A DNA stretch of 63,317 bases, the filler included, from Octopus bimaculoides (lineage: Eukaryota), in NCBI RefSeq assembly GCF_001194135.2. It is 6 parts of 6 records of this genome, joined end to end, with 100 filler letters (N's around TTAATTAATTAA, not from the genome) between each part and the next. Parts side by side here need not be neighbours in the genome. Positions count along the whole stretch, not along the records: positions 1 to 30,740 come from NC_069005.1; 5 more parts are not named here. One strand, given 5' to 3'. Under the pieces are notes generated by a model that saw only the letters and a program-made list of their open reading frames with translations, was not told where the DNA came from and ran no database searches. A program made the translations under genes and the position numbers. Shown here piece by piece: positions 1 through 10,795 of this stretch (within the stretch, counting starts at the first letter, position 1; each line of letters begins with the position of its first letter).

Positions 1-70
1 CACCAGTCCTCAGTCAAATCGTCCAACCCATGCTAGTAGGGAAAGCAGACGTTAAACAATGATGATGATG
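1..70 (+). mobile_element. 3' end of the (GAT)n-tailed retroposon family
   Basis: ccaacccatgctag...gacgttaaac followed by (GAT)n, shared with several other copies in the window. Confidence 0.75.
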
Positions 71-287
71 ATATGGGAGAATTTACGAAAGAAACAACAG
101 ACGAGGACAGGTGGTGTAAACAACAAATGGATGTATTAGTTTAACGCTCGGGAATAGAGAAAGTCTTTGATGTTTCGAGCCTACGCTCTTCAACTGAAAG
201 GAACACAGAAAGAAATAAGGAGAGAAACAAGGAGAAAAAAAATATAAATGTAGTGGTCAGCGATCTATCATGGTGAATGCCGGACAG

Positions 288-321
<34 letters not shown>

Positions 322-329
322 ATGTTTGT

Positions 330-520
330 GTGTCTATGACAACCGATGGTGGTGTGTTTACATACCTGTAACTTAGCGGTTCAGCAAAAAGAGATCAATA
401 GAATAAGTACTAGGCTTACAAAGAATAAGTCTTGGGGGTCGATTTGTTTGACTAAAGGTGGTGCTCCAGCATGGCCGCAGTCAAATGACTGAAACGAGTA
501 AAAGAATAAAAGAAATACTA
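330..520 (+). mobile_element. SINE 3' half (tail ...gctccagcatggccgcagtcaaatgactgaaac...aaaaga)
   Basis: The same tail recurs at about 7490-7580(-), 29900-30140(-), 30240-30290(+), 42060-42240(-) and after the SINE head at 44186-44489. Confidence 0.75.
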
Positions 521-660
521 TAAAAGTTATCAAATGTAAAAAAAAAGGGCGTTACTTCTGTTGCACCATGTATATATATCTGTGTGTGAGTGTATATGTA
601 TGTGTGTGTATATATGTGTGTATGTGTGTGTATATATGTGTATGTGTGTATATATGTATG

Positions 661-734
661 GAACAGCCTGCTCGTGAAATTAACATGCAAATGGCTGAGT
701 ATTCCACAGACATGCATATCCTTAATATAGTTCT
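661..734 (-). mobile_element. Diverged fragment of the SINE tail shared with the 6.7, 24.7 and 37.2 kb elements
   Basis: gaacagcctgctcgtgaaattaacatgcaaatggctgagtattccacagaca aligns by eye to 24720-24795. Confidence 0.8.
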
Positions 735-747
735 TATTTCATTACAG

Positions 748-887
748 GTTCTGACAGTCCATTCCGCTCAAACCCAACCCTCCCTGCTGGCTTCGATGAT
801 GATGATGAACTGCTGAATGCCGACATTATCACTGGAACAGCTTTCAGTAAACAATGGCTGTTTACTGTTCTTATGAAACTGATTCAG
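748..887 (+). CDS. SAAL1: SAAL1 homolog, first coding exon in the window (internal exon; phase 1 in, phase 0 out)
   Basis: ttacag|GT acceptor and CAG|gtctca donor. Translates to xSDSPFRSNPTLPAGFDDDDELLNADIITGTAFSKQWLFTVLMKLIQ, which resembles the SAAL1 N-terminus as I recall it (RNPSPP...D.IG.T.YSK.WLF.VL..LIQ). Not in the ORF track in this frame. Confidence 0.88.
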
Positions 888-1429
888 GTCTCACACTTTT
901 ACTTTCACTTTACTGATCCTAGCTTCCCTGCGATACATGTATGATCTGGGGGAAGGGGGATGGACATATGTGGTCTTTGTAGTAGTGGTGGTGTTGCTAC
1001 TGGAGACATTTGCAGCCTTCTTGGAGAGAGCTAAATATGCACCTTCTGAGGGTGGGGGCATAGGTGATTATCTGGGAAAAAGGGAAAACATATTATTCAG
1101 GGTACAGGTTGTGTGAAGCAAAAAATATGCAACCTTTTTGAGCAATATGTAGCATTTTGTATTGGATTAGTGTGGCCTTCTAGGGTGAGGAAATATGAGG
1201 ACTAGAGTGTGGGGAAGTGTGCAGCTATCAAAGCAAGGAAAATATGTGGCTCTCTGGTCGGGACGTATGACCTGCTGGGGCTGGAAATTTTTAAACTTTG
1301 GAGTGGGGTTATGATTTATTCAAAAGGAAGGGGCAGTGCCCATGACTTCCACTGTCTTTTCTCTCCCAATGGTAATATTAATGCAGTTTTCAATTTAACA
1401 TGTACACACACATATACAAAAAAAAAAAA

Positions 1430-1720
1430 AAAGGTAAAGGGTAAAGACCCCTTTCAGTCATGACTGATAATGGGATTGCCCCTAGAAATTTCCCCTCTGA
1501 GGCACAGGTCCAGGCAAGGTTGTTTATGGAAGCCCAGCAGTTGCCCATGCATACCAGCCTCCCCTCTCCATGCCATCGATGTTATCCAAGGGGCTGATAC
1601 AGCTTGGCACCTGTGATGTCGCAACTCGTTTCTGCAGCTGAGTGAACTGGAGCAACGTGAAATGAAATTTTTTTTTATTCAAGAAAACAACACACAGCTC
1701 AGTCCAGGAATCAAACAACA
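1430..1720 (-). mobile_element. CORE-type SINE with a distinct tail
   Basis: CORE-like block (+ strand cagctgagtgaactggagcaacgtgaaat) and a degenerate B-box (ccaggaatcaaac). The tail ends in ...tgactgaaaggggtctttaccttt. Confidence 0.6.
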
Positions 1721-1871
1721 AGCTTCAGGTTTGCTTCCTGTCATTAGTGCTAACAAACTTTCTGATAGCTCAGTCTACTCGTACCACAATTAGGTACCAC
1801 ATTGATACTTGCGGCAGAAAGCAACATAGTGGATAACTCATCATTGCTTTATTCAGGAGTTTGCAAGAATG

Positions 1872-2095
1872 TTAACCTTTTAGCATTTAAACCAGCCATA
1901 TCTGGCCCAAATATTCTACCAGTTTTATGTTGAAACCAGCTAGATCCCGCCTCTCATACCTACCTTACAATGTCATTCTAAAAATATAGTCACATCATTA
2001 AATTGTCAAAGCTCTGAGATAATACATGATCAGTTAAAAACAACATGATTACATGAGCATTATATTTGATGGTAATCTCACTGCCAAAGGGTTAA
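1872..2095. mobile_element. piggyBac-like MITE with TTAA target duplication
   Basis: TTAA|CCTTT...AAAGGG|TTAA ends. Homologous in inverse orientation to 10857-11084. Confidence 0.75.
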
Positions 2096-2099
2096 CCAG

Positions 2100-2740
2100 A
2101 CTGATATAGTGTTGACACACAATGTCACTAGTACTGTACTGTAGACCCAGAAGGTGCATACACAGCAACAATACTGTCCCAGGTATGTCACTGACTCTAA
2201 TGTAGATCGAGCATGTATGTGTGTGACACTGGCGATGTCCTAGATATGTCAGCAACACAGTTATGTTATCTAGGATGTTTATGTAATAACAGACCTGTCA
2301 AAGATATCTAAGCAGTAGTGTAATAATATGGGCCTAGACTGTGTATACAGCAACAGCAGCTTGTCCTAGATATGTCACCAGTACTGTAATATTGTCTAAG
2401 ATGTTTGTGTATGTAACAACAGTACTGTCCCAGATGTGTGAGCTGTACTATAATGTTGTCTAGGAGGTTTGTGCATGTAAACAAAAGCATAGTCCCAAAT
2501 ATTTTAGCTGTATAGTAATCCTGTCTAGGCCGTTTCCACATGTAAAACAACAGCAAAGTCCCAGATATGTATGTTGTATTGTAAGGTGGTCTAGTATGTT
2601 TGTGTAACTGTAGTACAGTCTTAAAAAGGGATCAGTACTGAAATAAGAGATGTGTGTGTGTGTGCCAACTACTATTTCAGATATATTAGTAGTATTATAA
2701 TGTAGTGTCTAGGATGTTAGCGTGTGTGTAACATCAACAC
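2100..2740. repeat. Degenerate ~60-66 bp minisatellite, about 8-9 units
   Basis: gtcccag/gtcctag recurs near 2177, 2238, 2298, 2363, 2427, 2492 and 2558. Consensus is about caacagtactgtcccagatatgtcaccagtactgtaatattgtctaggatgtttgtgtatgtaa. Confidence 0.7.
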
Positions 2741-2749
2741 GGGTCTATA

Positions 2750-2788
<39 letters not shown>

Positions 2789-2805
2789 CATCATGATCAT
2801 CATCA

Positions 2806-3010
2806 TCTTCATCGTTTAACGTCTGTTTTCCATGCTGGCATGGGTTGGACAGTTCAACCGGGGTCTGGGAAGCCAGGAGGCTGTACCAGGCTCCAGTCTG
2901 ATCTGGCAGTTTTTCTACAGCTACATGCCCTTCCTAACACCAACCACTCCGAGAGTGTACTGGGTGCTTTTTACGTGCCATGTTTGGATGGTGCTGTTTA
3001 CGTGCCACCG
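2806..3010 (-). mobile_element. (GAT)n-tailed retroposon copy
   Basis: catcatc...tttaacgtctgttttccatgctggcatgggttggac...atgcccttcctaacaccaacc, a family motif in reverse orientation. Confidence 0.75.
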
Positions 3011-3269
3011 GCACGGGGATCACAACAACAATTTCCATTTGATTTTGATGTACTTGACTCAATAGGTCTCCTCAATCACAGCATGTCGCCCTACGATCCA
3101 AGGTACTTTTGAGTGGGCTGGGGCTGATTATGCGACACTGGTGTAGGTTTCAGCTGTGAACTCACTTTATTTGCCCGGTCTTCTCAGTCACAGCATCTCT
3201 CCAGAGGTCTCTGTCTTTCATCATTGCCTCTGTGAGGCCCAACGTTCATACATATACATGTCACACTCA

Positions 3270-3495
3270 TATATATAATCCTTTCTGCTATAGGCACAAG
3301 GCCTGAAATTTGGGGGAGGGGGACAGTCAATTACATCGACCCCAATACTCAACAAATACACAGTCCTTAATTTATCAACCCCGAAAGAATGAAAGGCAAA
3401 GTCTACCTCAGCGAATTTGAACTCAGAACATAGCGACAGATGGAATACCACTAAGCATTTCACCCGGCGTGCTAACGATTCTGCCAGGGCGCCGC
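3270..3495 (-). mobile_element. tRNA-headed SINE (gcagaatcgttagcacgccgggtgaaatgcttag...gttcaaattc family)
   Basis: Other copies at about 4925-5105(-), 37770-37975(-), 43690-44170(-, several), 46390-46760(+), 51620-51830(-) and 59480-59650(+). B-box-like gagttcaaattcc. Confidence 0.75.
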
Positions 3496-3669
3496 CGCCT
3501 TACACTCATATATACAAGCTGCGTAAGGTATTTGAGCACAGTTATATAATTACACAAAAATGTCTCTTAGAAACAGACAATAATGCCTTTTTACTGAAAA
3601 AGGTTTTGAGGATAAAAATAAACATATTCAATAAACAATCCTCTTATCTTTGATGATAAGAATAAGCAT

Positions 3670-4125
3670 ATTCAATAAAGTCCCCTTCAGCTTCAACAAT
3701 GGGTTCTATGCAAGGTCTGAATCGCCTACATGCTAGGGTCAAGTGGTCTGTGTTCATATTTGACATTATTCTGACTATGGAGGTTTTTAGGGATTTTTTT
3801 TTGTTGGTGTTATGAGAATGCTCATTAACCTCTTTCTCAACTATGCTCTACAGCATTGTAGTCCAGTGGATTGAGATCCGGGGAGCTAGGGGGTTACGTG
3901 GTTATGAAAATTTTCTGCCATCCATTCCTGCATTGCTGTAGCCTTGTGTGATGGTGCTGGTTCTTGTTGAAACATATAAGGTGTTCCGTTGCGTACATTA
4001 TCAATCCATGGATTAACCACTGTATTCAGGACATCTATGTAGGCAGCAGAGTTTACTTGAAGACCTTGTGGAAAGAAGTGAGGAGGCATCACATGTCCTT
4101 CATTGCTGAAGGTCATCCCCAGCAT
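3670..4125 (-). pseudogene. Tc1/mariner-superfamily DD37D (maT-like) transposase remnant
   Basis: SNEGHVMPPHFFPQGLQVN..YIDVL.TVV.PWID...YMFQQ..AP.H, then PSSPDLNPLDY and ACRRFRPCIEPIVEAEG in shifted frames. Confidence 0.85.
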
Positions 4126-5141
4126 AAAAAGTAAAAAAAAGATGTGTAAAGTAATTTATTTATTTAACTTGAATTGAGAGTTGAATTTGACCTTATACAG
4201 AAATGTATACATAGGTAATAAACTTTAATATATATGGATTTAGCGTCAAAGCTCTTATTTAAATTTTTGATATATAACAAAGGAGATCGAGCCATAAGGA
4301 GTTTACTATAGACCTTTGTGGACGAATTTTTGATATTTTGGTAACGATTACATGTTTTATCTTACCAATACATTTGGTAGATATCATTATATGAACATAT
4401 ATNNNNNNNNNNNNNNNNNNNNNNNNNNNNNNNNNNNNNNNNNNNNNNNNNNNNNNNNNNNNNNNNNNNNNNNNNNNNNNNNNNNNNNNNNNNNNNNNNN
4501 NNNNNNNNNNNNNNNNNNNNNNNNNNNNNNNNNNNNNNNNNNNNNNNNNNNNNNNNNNNNNNNNNNNNNNNNNNNNNNNNNNNNNNNNNNNNNNNNNNNN
4601 NNNNNNNNNNNNNNNNNNNNNNNNNNNNNNNNNNNNNNNNNNNNNNNNNNNNNNNNNNNNNNNNNNNNNNNNNNNNNNNNNNNNNNNNNNNNNNNNNNNN
4701 NNNNNNNNNNNNNNNNNNNNNNNNNNNNNNNNNNNNNNNNNNNNNNNNNNNNNNNNNNNNNNNNNNNCCAACATCATGACTGCTGCTCAATGCCCTGTGG
4801 ACACTAAAGGCTGTAAAGCATGATGTGGACAGCAGACATTCTGACTGTGTCTGCATGCCAAGGTTAACAACTGCAGGACTGGACCTTAAGACTCAATTCA
4901 GATGGCTATGTGAAGTTTCTTATTTCTTTACTACACACAGAGGGGACAAACGGATTAAGTCGATTATATCAACCCCCAGTGCGTAACTGGTACTTATTTA
5001 ATCAACCTTGAAAGGATGAAAGGCAAAGTCGACCTCGGCGGAATTTGAACTCAGAACGTAGCGGCAGACGAAATACCGCTAACGTTTCTGCCGACTTGCT
5101 GCCTTATGTGNNNNNNNNNNNNNNNNNNNNNNNNNNNNNNN

Positions 5142-5192
5142 CGCTCTTCCGATCTACAATGGCTGTTTACTGTTCTTATGAAACTGATTCAG
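5142..5192 (+). other. Illumina adapter end (5142-5155) plus a 37-nt cDNA-derived copy of the upstream exon end (5156-5192)
   Basis: CGCTCTTCCGATCT is the common 3' end of Illumina sequencing primers/adapters and sits right after a gap. 5156-5192 is identical to 851-887. Confidence 0.9.
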
Positions 5193-5303
5193 GAGGTAGA
5201 CAAACAGAATGAACCAGGCAATGCCGATTCTGAGTTTGGTGTTGATGTCAATGAAGACCTTCAAGATGAACTCTGTAACCTTTGGGACATGTCAATGAAT
5301 TCT
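5193..5303 (+). CDS. SAAL1: SAAL1 exon 2 in window; its true acceptor is hidden by an assembly artefact
   Basis: EVDKQNEPGNADSEFGVDVNEDLQDELCNLWDMSMNS, with the SAAL1-like motif E.C..WDMSM. Donor TCT|gtaagt, phase 0/0. Confidence 0.92.
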
Positions 5304-5365
5304 GTAAGTTGTTCTTGATATAGATGCATGTATGTATTTGTGTGCATTGTGAGTGTAGATGTGTG

Positions 5366-5401
<36 letters not shown>

Positions 5402-5446
5402 TACTATAAGTAAAATCTTTCAAAGAATACTTTTTTCAATTTTTAG

Positions 5447-5530
5447 GATGTAGTTGTCTTCATGCATGAATTCAAATCTGTTGAGCTACTCTCTGCTGTG
5501 ATTGTTAAATCCAGGGCTCCAAGAGTGACG
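5447..5530 (+). CDS. SAAL1: SAAL1 exon 3 in window
   Basis: ttttag|GAT...ACG|gtaagt. 84 nt, DVVVFMHEFKSVELLSAVIVKSRAPRVT (cf. SAAL1 DVA.FL.EF...KS..PRL). Confidence 0.93.
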
Positions 5531-5712
5531 GTAAGTGGTGGTGGTCTCTTCTTTGAAATTTCTTGTTTACTGTTAGGAAATTGTCGAGTTGTCAGCAGTT
5601 TCTTCTGGGTGCAGATGGTTGTGGCATTTAAATATTTACACAGGCTTACAATTGTATCTAGTTTGGGACATTCAATGTTCTGAGTTCAAATCTTTCTAGG
5701 GGATCATTTCAA

Positions 5713-5998
5713 CATCATCATCATCGTTTAACGTCCGCTTTCCATGCTAGCTTGGGTTGGACGATTTGACTGAGGACTGGCGAACCAGATGGCTGCACCA
5801 AGCTCCAATCTGATCTGGCAGAATTTCTACAGATGGATGCCCTTCCTAATGCCAACCACTCCGCGAGTGTAGTGGGTGCTTTTACGTGCCACCGGCATGA
5901 GGGCCAGTCAGGCAGTACTGGCAACGGCCACGCTCAAAATGGTGTTTTTTATGTGCCACCTGCACAGGAGCCAGTCCAGCGGCACTGGCAACAACCTC
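5713..5998 (-). mobile_element. (GAT)n-tailed retroposon copy running into a gap
   Basis: About 90% identical by eye to the reverse complement of 15118-15463. Confidence 0.85.
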
Positions 5999-6676
5999 NN
6001 NNNNNNNNNNNNNNNNNNNNNNNNNNNNNNNNNNNNNNNNNNNNNNNNNNNNNNNNNNNNNNNNNNNNNNNNNNNNNNNNNNNNNNNNNNNNNNNNNNNN
6101 NNNNNNNNNNNNNNNNNNNNNNNNNNNNNNNNNNNNNNNNNNNNNNNNNNNNNNNNNNNNNNNNNNNNNNNNNNNNNNNNNNNNNNNNNNNNNNNNNNNN
6201 NNNNNNNNNNNNNNNNNNNNNNNNNNNNNNNNNNNNNNNNNNNNNNNNNNNNNNNNNNNNNNNNNNNNNNNNNNNNNNNNNNNNNNNNNNNNNNNNNNNN
6301 NNNNNNNNNNNNNNNNNNNNNNNNNNNNNNNNNNNNNNNNNNNNNNNNNNNNNNNNNNNNNNNNNNNNNNNNNNNNNNNNNNNNNNNNNNNNNNNNNNNN
6401 NNNNNNNNNNNNNNNNNNNNNNNNNNNNNNNNNNNNNNNNNNNNNNNNNNNNNNNNNNNNNNNNNNNNNNNNNNNNNNNNNNNNNNNNNNNNNNNNNNNN
6501 NNNNNNNNNNNNNNNNNNNNNNNNNNNNNNNNNNNNNNNNNNNNNNNNNNNNNNNNNNNNNNNNNNNNNNNNNNNNNNNNNNNNNNNNNNNNNNNNNNNN
6601 NNNNNNNNNNNNNNNNNNNNNNNNNNNNNNNNNNNNNNNNNNNNNNNNNNNNNNNNNNNNNNNNNNNNNNNNNNNN

Positions 6677-7017
6677 GTCATAGGATCGCGGTTTCGATTC
6701 CCAGACCGGGCGTTGTGAGTGTTTATTGAGCGAAAACACCTAAAGCTCCACGAGGCTCCAGCAGGGGATGGTGGCGAACCCTGCTGTACTCTTCCACCAC
6801 AACTTTCTCTCACTCTTACTTCCTGTTTCTGTTGTGCCTGTAATTCAAAGGGTCAGACTTGTCACACTGTGTCACGCTGAATATCCCCGAGAACTACGTT
6901 AATGGTACACATGTCTGTGGAGTGCTCAGCCACTTGCACATTAATTTCACGAGCAGGCTGTTCCGTTGATCGGATCAGCTGGAACCCTCGACGTCGTAAG
7001 CGACGGAATGCCAACAA
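6677..7017 (+). mobile_element. tRNA(Arg)-like-headed SINE, 5' end in gap
   Basis: B box ggtttcgattccc. The body and tail (...gacggaatgccaaca) match the full copy at 24667-25049. Confidence 0.85.
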
Positions 7018-7137
7018 TATAAAAAGGTATGTTAATAGAGAAATAGATGAAATAATTAATCTAAGCTAATTCCTAGGATGTGTTATGTAATGTATTTTTT
7101 CCCTATGAAGTAATTCCTTAATTATGTTTACTTTTAG

Positions 7138-7217
7138 GAAATCTGTGTTGGTATTCTTGGAAACCTCTCCTGTAATCCAACCGTCTGTTCAGAGATGTCA
7201 TCAAACCCAGAATTTAT
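7138..7217 (+). CDS. SAAL1: SAAL1 exon 4 in window
   Basis: cttttag|GAA...AT|gtaagg. EICVGILGNLSCNPTVCSEMSSNPEF contains the hallmark EICVGILGN. Phase 0/2. Confidence 0.94.
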
Positions 7218-7293
7218 GTAAGGTTTTAATCTTTGCTTTGTGAACTCTATGTGATGTGTGTAGCTATCTCTGTATGTTGTGTGCATGCATGTA

Positions 7294-7327
<34 letters not shown>

Positions 7328-7883
7328 TTTCATTCATCATTTTTAACCATTTTCCTGTTCTGCCAGGGCTAAATGGAACTTTATTGAGGCAGGTTTTCTA
7401 CAGCCAGATCCATTCTTCCTCTCACTAACCTCTGTTTGTTTCACAAGTAAAGTAGTTAGTCATTCCACTGGTCATCACATACTCTTACTCTTTACTCTTT
7501 TACTCGTTTCGGTCATTTGACTGCGGCCATGCTGGAGCACTGCCTTTAGTCAAGCAAATCGACCCCAGTACTTATTCTTTGGATGCCCAGTACATACATT
7601 TTTCTATGCTGGTGTGACTTGGACAGGATTTATTGAGACTGTTTTCTGTGGATGGATGTCCTTCCTTTGGCAAAGCTGTGTATTCCAAGGAGGGGATTTT
7701 TATTCCACTGGTTTTCACGTTTTGAAACTGATGACCTACAGGGCACACAGTCTATGGAAAATCTTAAACAAGAATCACCATTTTTGCTTAACTGGTGTTA
7801 ATGTGAAAGGACCAGGAAATAAGCATTTACATATGTGCATAAATGTGTGTGTGTGTATATACATGTATGTATATGTATGTGTA

Positions 7884-8107
7884 TACGAGGGTGAGGTGCT
7901 GGAAAGTTCCTGGCTTTAAGGGTATCACAAAAGACCTGGTTGGAAGTCCAGCCTTCTGAGTTCTTTTACAGGGCTTAGAAAAACTGAAGGACTGCTGCAA
8001 TATGTGTGTGAATCTGAGAGGGGAATATGTTGAATAAAATCTTAATTAACTGATCCTCCTGCATTTTCTTTTACTCAAAGCCAGGAACTTTTCAGCTCAC
8101 CCTTGTA
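7884..8107 (+). mobile_element. mariner-derived MITE
   Basis: TA|CGAGGGTGAGGTGCTGGAAAGTTCCTGGCTTT...AAAGCCAGGAACTTTTCAGCTCACCCTTG|TA. The interior retains a mariner C-terminus (QGLEKLKD.C..CVNLRGEYVE*). Confidence 0.85.
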
Positions 8108-8419
8108 TATGTGTTTTGTGTGTGTGTGCATATATATGGACACATGCTCTCTCAAGATACATACGATGGGCTTCCCTATAGTTTTTGGCTCCCAAATTTT
8201 GCTCACTAAGCATTGGTTGGTTAGAGGCTATAGTAGATGGCATTTGCCCAATGTGACACACACGTGTGTAGGCACACACACACACACACACACACGCACG
8301 CGGCTGAAACCTGAGATGATGTAGCTGTGAAAAAAACATATAGCCATGACTGGACTTGTCTGTCTGTAGGTAGATAGATAGATAGACAGACAGACAGACT
8401 AATTGATTGATTGAGTGCA

Positions 8420-8470
<51 letters not shown>

Positions 8471-8529
8471 ACTATTGTATTCTTATAAATCAGATAATTA
8501 ATTATTCATGATTTCCTCTCATATTTCAG

Positions 8530-8589
8530 AAATATGGTTTTGTTGTTATTGGAGAATCCCGATGGACTTTGCTTAGTACAGACTGTCAG
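8530..8589 (+). CDS. SAAL1: SAAL1 exon 5 in window
   Basis: tttcag|A...AG|gtaaat. 60 nt, (I)NMVLLLLENPDGLCLVQTV(R), phase 2/2, compatible with both neighbours. Confidence 0.87.
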
Positions 8590-8909
8590 GTAAATATACT
8601 GTAATATAGTGTATGCATTTAGTACGGTCTTTCAGGTGAATATACTGGACTACATTGTACTGATAAGGGAGCTGTTCATATCAGGTAATTGTACTGTTTT
8701 GTACTGTGCTGTAATTCTGTACAGACTTTTANNNNNNNNNNNNNNNNNNNNNNNNNNNNNNNNNNNNNNNNNNNNNNNNNNNNNNNNNNNNNNNNNNNNN
8801 NNNNATAGATAGATAGATAGATAGTGTGACTCCTGGCCTTGTCATCTCCTGTCAAGCTGTCCATCCTATGACAGCATGGAAAACAGATGTTAAATGATGA
8901 TGTTGATAA

Positions 8910-8960
<51 letters not shown>

Positions 8961-9693
8961 TGCAAACTCATGTTTGAATATTGTCATTGCTTGATTGAAA
9001 GTTATGCACATGCTCACATGGGCAACTTTTTCCAACAAGCAAGCTATATGAGACATGGTGCATCTTCAGGCAAGCGGCACTGCTTATAAAATGCAAGGTA
9101 ATTTTTCTTTACGTGTGCTATTTGGAAAGTCCTGTACGCTGCAGTTTGCCCTCGATTGCTGTAAATCCAACTACTACAATATTCAGGAGATGAAAAAAAA
9201 GTGACCATGGTCTCAACACTTTGCCTCCCTGACTGATGAGACTACTGTGGCCAATGTCCAATGACCAGCTTAAAATCTGCTGGAAAAATCTGGAGCTGGT
9301 CTGAATACATCCAACAAGGATCACCAATTGGTGATGTTAAGATGTATGTTACCCCTCTTATTTGACTTACATCAGTCAAGGATCAGATTGTAGTGTTAAG
9401 CAGTGAGACATATAACATCAGCCATCTTACTAAAGTCAACTAAAATCTGAGAAGATCTGATGGTTATGTTAAACAGTGTTCTGCCAGAGTAGAGTAGACC
9501 AAACTGGAGCATTGGCACAGCAAGTGGGAGTCATTTATTGTTACTAAAAGGTTTGATGTATTCTTTACTGTGATAGAAAACACCAAGTTGGCAATACTCA
9601 TGTGGCTCGGAGGTTGGAGCATTGGAGTATATCTGTTAGTGATGGAATACCAGTTAACTAAGTGGCCCTTCACTGGATGTGTTCCTGGAGACC

Positions 9694-10044
9694 TGTACTG
9701 GAACTAACCCAGTTTCTGACCGACACACAAGGCCACAAATTTATGGGGATAGTACGTACAGTTGATAGAATTAACCCAGTTTCTGACCGACACACAAGGC
9801 CACAAATTTGTGGGAATAGTACAGTTGATAAAATTAACCCAAAAAATTTGTGGGGATAGTACAGTTGATAGAATTAACCCAGTTTCTGACCGACACACAA
9901 GGCCACAAATTTGTGGGAATAGTATAGTTGATAAAATTAACCCAAAAAATTTGTGGGGATAGTACAGTTGATAAAATTAACCCAGTTTCTGACTGACACA
10001 CAAGGCCAAAAATTTGTGGGGATAGTACAGTTGATAAAATTAAC
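9694..10044. repeat. Minisatellite of 63-bp (A) and 40-bp (B) units in the order A-A-B-A-B-A
   Basis: Unit starts at 9756, 9819, 9859, 9922, 9962 and 10025. B resembles A with an internal 23-bp deletion. Confidence 0.92.
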
Positions 10045-10284
10045 TTCTGCTAACTTTCAGTAATTGACAAGTTCTTTATTTTATGGGCCCAGGAAAGAAA
10101 GGTTTCATCAACCTCAGTAGGATTTAAACCCTGAAAATAAAGCAACGTTAATAAACACCACAAGGTACTTTGTTCTATGCTCTACTGATTTTTACCAATC
10201 CAACAACAAAATTTACATGTTTGGTAAATATGTAGATTGGACCTTTAATGAGATATGAGAAAGTCGTTATTTTTCCTATCGCAG

Positions 10285-10403
10285 GTTACTATATTGCTGC
10301 CTCCAGAGTGAAGAACATTATTTGCCATGGGTTGCTGCTATCAAAGATCAAGAAGCCAATATTTTAGAACTTATCAAATTCATCATGGCCAGTTCCACAA
10401 ATG
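10285..10403 (+). CDS. SAAL1: SAAL1 exon 6 in window
   Basis: tcgcag|G...G|gtaagt. (R)LLYCCLQSEEHYLPWVAAIKDQEANILELIKFIMASSTN (cf. RLL..CL...W...FIM.SSTN). Phase 2/1. Confidence 0.92.
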
Positions 10404-10795
10404 GTAAGTTATCCTTGGCTTGAGTAGACATGTGGGTCATGGCTGGCTTTGCATGACACTGATGCTCTTACCAAAAGTCAGCATTTTATTTTCTGTCCCC
10501 ATTTAGCTGTATCCAGAAACCAGATAAAGTTCCGGCCAGTTGGCTGATTTGATGTGTCGTGGGCCTGGCGGGAAGGAGTTGTTGTGTATTATGTGATTGC
10601 ATGTCGGGTGTAGTTACCATGAAGCAGTGGTTGGATGACCTGATAGGGTTAAAGATGTACATGGTTTTGAGAGAAGTTAGGTTTTGAGGTGATAAAGAGA
10701 TCAAGGTTGAAGTTTCTGTGTGTCAGTTGGGAGAGTCAGAGATAAAACAAATATAGCCGTGAATAGCAAAGCATTTGGTTTCTACACTGGCTACA

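Noticed and set aside
5156-5303. Processed pseudogene, intron loss or exon duplication in SAAL1
   Set aside because: The duplicated 37 nt start immediately after an Illumina adapter 14-mer next to a gap, so an artefact explains it fully.
9694-10044. CRISPR-like repeat/spacer array (also considered for 15902-16373)
   Set aside because: The apparent spacers are themselves repeated, the context is a eukaryotic intron, and there are no cas genes.
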